Source: a virus (Duplodnaviria; Caudoviricetes). From it: a stretch of 38,178 bases of DNA. Position numbers and translations under genes: made by a program. The stretch is taken from the IMG/VR virus record IMGVR_UViG_3300044621_000538, positions 1-38,178 of that record; one strand, written 5' to 3'. Numbering within the stretch: position 1 is the first letter of the stretch; each line of letters starts with the position of its first letter. Below, piece after piece: positions 33,056-38,178 of this stretch. The notes under the pieces were generated by a model. It did no database searches and was not told where the DNA came from. It was given only the letters and a program-made list of their open reading frames with translations.

Positions 33056-36000
33056 ATGGCCGACAACAAAGCCGCCTTTGGTGTATTCCCCCAAATGAAA
33101 CCCAAGCGGTCAAAGCAAGACCGCGAGGCGGCAAAGAACGTCCCGGTCGATCTGGCCCGTGGCTTTATCTCTGGAACGCTGGGAATGCCTGGGGACATCG
33201 AGTCCCTGGCCCGCCTGCCCTACGAACTGATCACCGGCAAGGAGTCCCCCACGATCCTGCCGACCAGCGAGGACATCGAGAAGCGCCTGCCGTTCAGGTC
33301 TGACTCACCCGTGAGCCAAGCAGCCACCGGCCTGGGCCAGATCGGCGGAGGCTTCTACACCGGCCCGCTGTCGGGTGCCAGGGCTGCTATGGCCGTGCCC
33401 AGGGCCGTCACGCGAGCAGGCAAGGACTTCCTGATGGCTGCGCCGCAGGGCGCTCCAAGGATGTTCATTGGCCCGAAGGCCAAGACCTGGGATCAAGCCA
33501 AAGCCGATGCCGCCGCCAGGATGGAGCGAGAGGGTGTTGACCCTGTTGACATCTGGCGTCAGACCGGAACCCTCCGTGGGGCTGATGGCATCCAACGCCA
33601 GGAGATCAGCGATGTGGGCGCGGTGTTCCGCAACCCCCAGCAACTCAAGGAGTTGGGCGCAGAAAAGAAAGCTCAAGCCCAGGAACTGCAAGGCCGGTTG
33701 GTCACCCCGATTGGTCAAAAAGACTTTTGGCCCAAGCAATTGACCGAGGCTAAGAAGCCGGTGCGCGAGGAGATCAAGGCGCTCAAGGCGGATGTTGACC
33801 TACTGGGCCGACACTCTGATGTTCGCGGACAACCCGCAAGGCTCGCACTGGAACACCCGGAGCTTTATGCCGCCTACCCAGAGCTTGGCGAAATCACGGT
33901 GTATCAGGGCGGCAAGTCAGGCTCTGGCGGCACCAGAGGTTCGCTCATGGGCGGCAAAACTGATATGCAGATGGACATCACTCAGGCTGGCCTGAGAAAC
34001 GATCCGCGCTCGACGGCTTTGCATGAGATGCAACACGCCGTCCAGACCCTGGAGGACATGGCCCCAGGCGGCTCTCCGACCTTTGCCTTCAATAGCCCGA
34101 TCACGCACGAAATCTACAAGCGCAGGATCAACGAGCTTTATCAGCCGCCGACATTTGAGGAGTTCCAGCGAGCAAACAGAATCCCCGAGGACAAGGCCGC
34201 TGCCGCTTATGACGAGTTTGTCAGAACCTACAAGCCAATCATCTCTCCTGCTGTCGAGAGGGCGGTTCAGCAAGAGGCCGCGATGGAATACTACAAGCGG
34301 CTGGCTGGCGAGGCTGAAGCCAGGGCGACCCAGGCCCGCGAGCCGATGTCTGCCCGTGAGCGGGTGCAGGAGTTTCCGTACAGCAGCTATGACGTTCTGC
34401 CCGAAGACTTGATTGTCAAGCCAGCAAAAGAATACAACAGCGGCGGCTCCGTCTTCATGTCTGACAACCCTGACGCCCAGATGATGGAGGTTATGGACAA
34501 GAAGCTGGCCGGTGGTGGGTTGCTCAAGGGGCTGAAGACTGCCGCAAAGGCTGCAAGGGGCACTCAGGATGTATTGCCCGCAGCAGAGCGTCAGGCCAAC
34601 CTACAAAGGATGCTTGCCGAGAGCAAGACGCCGATGCGCCTGTACCACGGCACGACCGCCTCTGAGGGCGGCAAGGGCGCTGAGGCCATCCGTCGCCTCA
34701 AGCCCAGCAAGGAAGGATCGCTCGGCTCTGGCGTATATCTGACCCCGCAGACGGCTCACGCCAGCAATTACAGCGGCATCCCCAATGATGAGGGGCTTGC
34801 GCTCATGGCAAAAGACCCATACGCCAAGCAAATGGCCGACCAGTTCATGGCCGACCGAGTCAGCGGAACGGTGCGAGAGGGTCAACAGGGCGGCAATATG
34901 CTGCCCGTTTACGCCCAGATCAAGAACCCCCTAATCCTTGAAGGCAGGGGCGACCCAATGGTCGAGGCGCTGATCAAGCTCGGGATGGATGAGGCAAGCG
35001 CCAGCCGCATGGTGGAGCGGGCTTACGAGAACAAAGGCTATATCGGCAAAGAGGTCGAGACCCGCGCCCGCGCTGCTGGCTATGACGGCTTGATGCAGTA
35101 CCGCGACGGAGACTTGTCCGAGGTGGTGTCTTACAACCCCAACGCAGTCAAGAGCGCCATTGGCAACAAGGGCACTTACGACACCACCAAGCCGGAACTG
35201 AACGAGGCCGGTGGCGGCTTGATCAAAGGGCTGAAGGCTGCGGTCAAGAAGGAGCCGCCCGCCGTCAACCGCCTGGACATGAACTACAAGGATGTGACCA
35301 AGCGCGTCCCTGAGTTGACTGAAGCCGCCAAGAAAATCCCCTTGGGCGAGGTGACCTCAGAGGAGTACGCCAAGCTGGTCAACAAGTTCAAGCCGGTCAA
35401 GCCGTATGAGTTTGTCCCGCAGCCCGCCACCGCAGAGGACGCCACCCGCGCTCTGACGGCCAACAAGAAGGCCATGTTCGGCAAGACCAAGGAAATCCCT
35501 GCCGGTCAGCCCACTGATCTGCGCCTGGACATCCCCGCATACAAAGACCACGGCGTCTGGGTCAACTCTGTCCACCGCAAGGGCGAGCCAACGGCTTACG
35601 GCTCTGTGTCGTCCGTCAAGAACGCCACAATGTTCGGAGCCCCCGACAAGGCGCTGCGCGTTGCCACTGGCGAGGCCGCAAAAGGCCCGTGGGCCGTCAT
35701 CAGCGGCGAGTGGAACCCTATGGATGAGGCAGCAGCCGTCAAGAGCGCCCAGGAATACCTGAACCACAAGGACTGGCGTCAGGTGGGCTACGACCCTGAG
35801 CGGCACGGCTACTTCTATGATCGCCAGACGATGGCCCCGATCCTTGGCGCGGAGGAGGTCATTCAGATTGGCCCGCTGGTGCTGGCGAAGAAGCCAAAGC
35901 TCGGAGACCCCAAGGACTTCCCTTTTAAGCACGGCGGCGAGGTTCACATGGCTGAAGGTGGCGCTGCGTTTGGCGTCTTCCCGCAGATGAAGCCCCGCCG

Positions 36001-37546
36001 ATCCAAGCAAGACCCCGAGGCTGCAAAAGACGTTCCCAAGGACGTTCTGCGCGGCGTTGTGGCCGGTGCGCTCGGCGCTCCCTCAGACATCGCCAACATC
36101 CCGAGCGACATCTACAGCCTTGTCACTGGCAACGAGGGCTACAAAGTCCCGTATGGCTCCGAGCATTGGAAAGAGACGCTGCCACTGCCGCCTACATCGC
36201 CTGTAGGCAAAGCCGCACAAGAGATGGGCGGATTGGCTGGCGGCGTGTATACCGGCCCTGGCGCACCTATCCGGGCTGTTGCCAGCATCCCTGGTGCGCT
36301 GAAGCACGGCGCTCTGGAGTTCGCCAAAGCATCGGCTGAAGCCGCTCCTCGCGTGTACAGGCCGCATACGCCGCTCAAGCCAGACCCTGATGTTGGGACG
36401 CGCTACAAGGTCACCGACCAGGGTGGGCTGGCCCCGAGGAAAGACCTTGACATTGAGGCCATCAAAGACTCGCAGGCAAAAATTTTCCCGTGGGACGCGA
36501 CCAGCCGGAACAAGCTGGTTACGGAAGTGTCTGATGTCCCGCTGACCAAGCCGGTGCTGACGGAGGGCGGCGACGAATATATGCTTGACCTGAATCACAT
36601 CAAGCAACGGATTGCTGGCGCTTCCAACGAGGGCATTGCCAAGCGCATCATGGATCGAATCAATGAGGCGTCCGTGGAGAACAGGCTGCTTGGCACCGGC
36701 ACTGGCCGGGTGTTTGGCTTCCCGATTCGCATGGGTGAGGGCGCTGAGATGGCTTCCACATTCCCAACCGACATTGCCTTGGACTTGATAAAGCAAGCTG
36801 GTCTGACAAAGAAAGAAATCAAGGCGATTGACGAGAACATGAGGAACATGGTCTTCGAGGGGAAGAAGGGCGCATTCAAAGACATGGCTCCATTTGGCTC
36901 TCCTGAGTTTGAGCAGCAGTTGAGAAAAGGGCTTGCCTCCGACAAGGAAAAAGACATAAAGGGTTTCAGCCCTATGAATATGCGGAAGGCGTTCATGGAT
37001 CGCATGGGAATGGTTGAAAACCAGAAGCGCCTGGGCTACAACCTGCCCGATCTTTCTGGTTCGGTGCTGGCAGAGAATTTGAAGGGTGTGCCAAAGGGCT
37101 ACGTTGGAAACGTGGCTGCGGAACTTGATGTATTTGGCAAGCTGCGTCCATCCAAGTCGTCAACTTATGACACAGATTTTCCAGGCGTGTATGCAGGCTC
37201 AATGCCAAATATGCCTGTTGAAATCTTGATGCCCAAGACATTCGAGAATCTGTATCGTGAGATGAAGGCGATGTATCCAAACGCCAAACCAGAAGCACTG
37301 AGGAACATGGCGGTTGGCGCTATGGAAAAGCGCAAGAAATACATTTCTGAGACCATCGGCCAGCGAAACATTGATGCGGTCAAGACCTACCAAGAGGGGC
37401 TGGCGAAACAAGAATTCGACCCCTACGACATCAAGCAGGTTTACGACTATATGCGTCGGAAAAAACTTGAACTCAAGTTGGCCGAAGGCGGCGCTGTCAA
37501 TGACGGGCTGATCAAAGTCCAAAATAAACGAAAGGCTAAGGCTTAA
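33056..37546 (+). CDS. large polyvalent protein (LPD-like, zincin HExxH, ADP-ribosyltransferase-like and unknown domains)
   Basis: IWRQTG..RGADG..RQEISD segment, LHEMQHAVQ and Y.RLAGEAEAR; YHGT...GSGVYLT...ASNY...PVYAQIKNPL...GYDG...SEVVSYNPNAVKSAIGN.GTYD ART-like pattern. Confidence 0.8.
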   Translation: MADNKAAFGVFPQMKPKRSKQDREAAKNVPVDLARGFISGTLGMPGDIESLARLPYELITGKESPTILPTSEDIEKRLPFRSDSPVSQAATGLGQIGGGFYTGPLSGARAAMAVPRAVTRAGKDFLMAAPQGAPRMFIGPKAKTWDQAKADAAARMEREGVDPVDIWRQTGTLRGADGIQRQEISDVGAVFRNPQQLKELGAEKKAQAQELQGRLVTPIGQKDFWPKQLTEAKKPVREEIKALKADVDLLGRHSDVRGQPARLALEHPELYAAYPELGEITVYQGGKSGSGGTRGSLMGGKTDMQMDITQAGLRNDPRSTALHEMQHAVQTLEDMAPGGSPTFAFNSPITHEIYKRRINELYQPPTFEEFQRANRIPEDKAAAAYDEFVRTYKPIISPAVERAVQQEAAMEYYKRLAGEAEARATQAREPMSARERVQEFPYSSYDVLPEDLIVKPAKEYNSGGSVFMSDNPDAQMMEVMDKKLAGGGLLKGLKTAAKAARGTQDVLPAAERQANLQRMLAESKTPMRLYHGTTASEGGKGAEAIRRLKPSKEGSLGSGVYLTPQTAHASNYSGIPNDEGLALMAKDPYAKQMADQFMADRVSGTVREGQQGGNMLPVYAQIKNPLILEGRGDPMVEALIKLGMDEASASRMVERAYENKGYIGKEVETRARAAGYDGLMQYRDGDLSEVVSYNPNAVKSAIGNKGTYDTTKPELNEAGGGLIKGLKAAVKKEPPAVNRLDMNYKDVTKRVPELTEAAKKIPLGEVTSEEYAKLVNKFKPVKPYEFVPQPATAEDATRALTANKKAMFGKTKEIPAGQPTDLRLDIPAYKDHGVWVNSVHRKGEPTAYGSVSSVKNATMFGAPDKALRVATGEAAKGPWAVISGEWNPMDEAAAVKSAQEYLNHKDWRQVGYDPERHGYFYDRQTMAPILGAEEVIQIGPLVLAKKPKLGDPKDFPFKHGGEVHMAEGGAAFGVFPQMKPRRSKQDPEAAKDVPKDVLRGVVAGALGAPSDIANIPSDIYSLVTGNEGYKVPYGSEHWKETLPLPPTSPVGKAAQEMGGLAGGVYTGPGAPIRAVASIPGALKHGALEFAKASAEAAPRVYRPHTPLKPDPDVGTRYKVTDQGGLAPRKDLDIEAIKDSQAKIFPWDATSRNKLVTEVSDVPLTKPVLTEGGDEYMLDLNHIKQRIAGASNEGIAKRIMDRINEASVENRLLGTGTGRVFGFPIRMGEGAEMASTFPTDIALDLIKQAGLTKKEIKAIDENMRNMVFEGKKGAFKDMAPFGSPEFEQQLRKGLASDKEKDIKGFSPMNMRKAFMDRMGMVENQKRLGYNLPDLSGSVLAENLKGVPKGYVGNVAAELDVFGKLRPSKSSTYDTDFPGVYAGSMPNMPVEILMPKTFENLYREMKAMYPNAKPEALRNMAVGAMEKRKKYISETIGQRNIDAVKTYQEGLAKQEFDPYDIKQVYDYMRRKKLELKLAEGGAVNDGLIKVQNKRKAKA

Positions 37547-37548
37547 CT

Positions 37549-38178
37549 ATGGCAACGCAATTCCCCATCGAGCAGGAATATGGCCGCGAAGTCCCAGGCA
37601 TTGGGAGCGAAGAAGAGCAGGATATGCCCGAGGGCATGACGGAGAACGAGGACGGCTCAGTCGAAGTTGACATCGAGCTTGACGACTCCGAGATTGAGGA
37701 GCTTCCTGACGGCTCCGCTGTTGTCACGATGCCCGACAAGACCCGTGGCCCCTCGGAGGACGAAGACTTCTACGAGAACCTTGCCGACAGCGACGAGATC
37801 GACCCGTTCGACCTTGACCGCATTGCGATGCAGTACATCGATTACATCGACAAGGACAAGGAAGCCCGCTCGCTGCGCGATAAGCAGTATGAGGAAGGCA
37901 TCAAGCGCACCGGCATGGGCAACGATGCTCCTGGCGGCGCTACGTTCATGGGCGCATCGAAGGTTGTCCACCCCGTGATGGCCGAAGCCTGCGTGGACTT
38001 TGCCTCCCGCGCCATCAAGGAACTGTTCCCGCCCAACGGCCCGACCCGCACGAAGATTCTGGGTGACGCCGACAAGTCCAAGCTGGAGATCGCAGAGCGC
38101 AAGCGCGACTACATGAACTGGCAGTTGACGGAGCAGATCGAAGAATTCCGCGACGAGCAGGAGCAGATGCTCACCCAG
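37549..38178 (+). CDS. portal protein, 5' part (partial)
   Basis: Manual translation MATQFPIEQEY...FYENLA...GASKVVHPVMAEACVDFASRAIKELFPPNGP...DYMNWQLTEQ, open to the window end; P22-like portal N-terminus. Confidence 0.85.
   Translation, partial: MATQFPIEQEYGREVPGIGSEEEQDMPEGMTENEDGSVEVDIELDDSEIEELPDGSAVVTMPDKTRGPSEDEDFYENLADSDEIDPFDLDRIAMQYIDYIDKDKEARSLRDKQYEEGIKRTGMGNDAPGGATFMGASKVVHPVMAEACVDFASRAIKELFPPNGPTRTKILGDADKSKLEIAERKRDYMNWQLTEQIEEFRDEQEQMLTQ

Overview
The whole window is a tailed dsDNA phage segment with podovirus-like virion genes and a lambdoid-type replication module. A betaproteobacterial host is my inference, not shown by the sequence. Left to right: the end of a holin-like gene and a GH24 endolysin; tail adaptor and nozzle genes; a 2749-aa repeat-rich internal virion protein, two more ejection-type proteins and an SLT transglycosylase; a leftward early operon (PD-(D/E)XK nuclease, SSB-like protein, small ORFs); a divergent promoter region followed by an RNA cluster; cro-like, YdaU-like initiator with ori and RusA-like genes; many small accessory genes behind repeated promoter cassettes; terS and terL; a 1496-aa polyvalent protein; and the 5' part of the portal gene. 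No integrase or CI repressor is visible in the window. The most notable items are: (1) an RNA cluster (loop-E hairpin, tRNA-Thr, multibranch RNA, tRNA mimic) at the position where cI normally lies; (2) a predicted ~60-nt anti-SD sRNA with its own promoter and terminator; (3) a structured pseudoknot-type leader before the replication gene; (4) a shared hairpin+GGAACGATA leader on four transcripts; (5) a 49-aa secreted six-Cys peptide missing from the ORF track; (6) xxxGG motifs at the module boundaries of the polyvalent peptidase/ADP-ribosyltransferase protein. All family calls are by eye, with no database searches.
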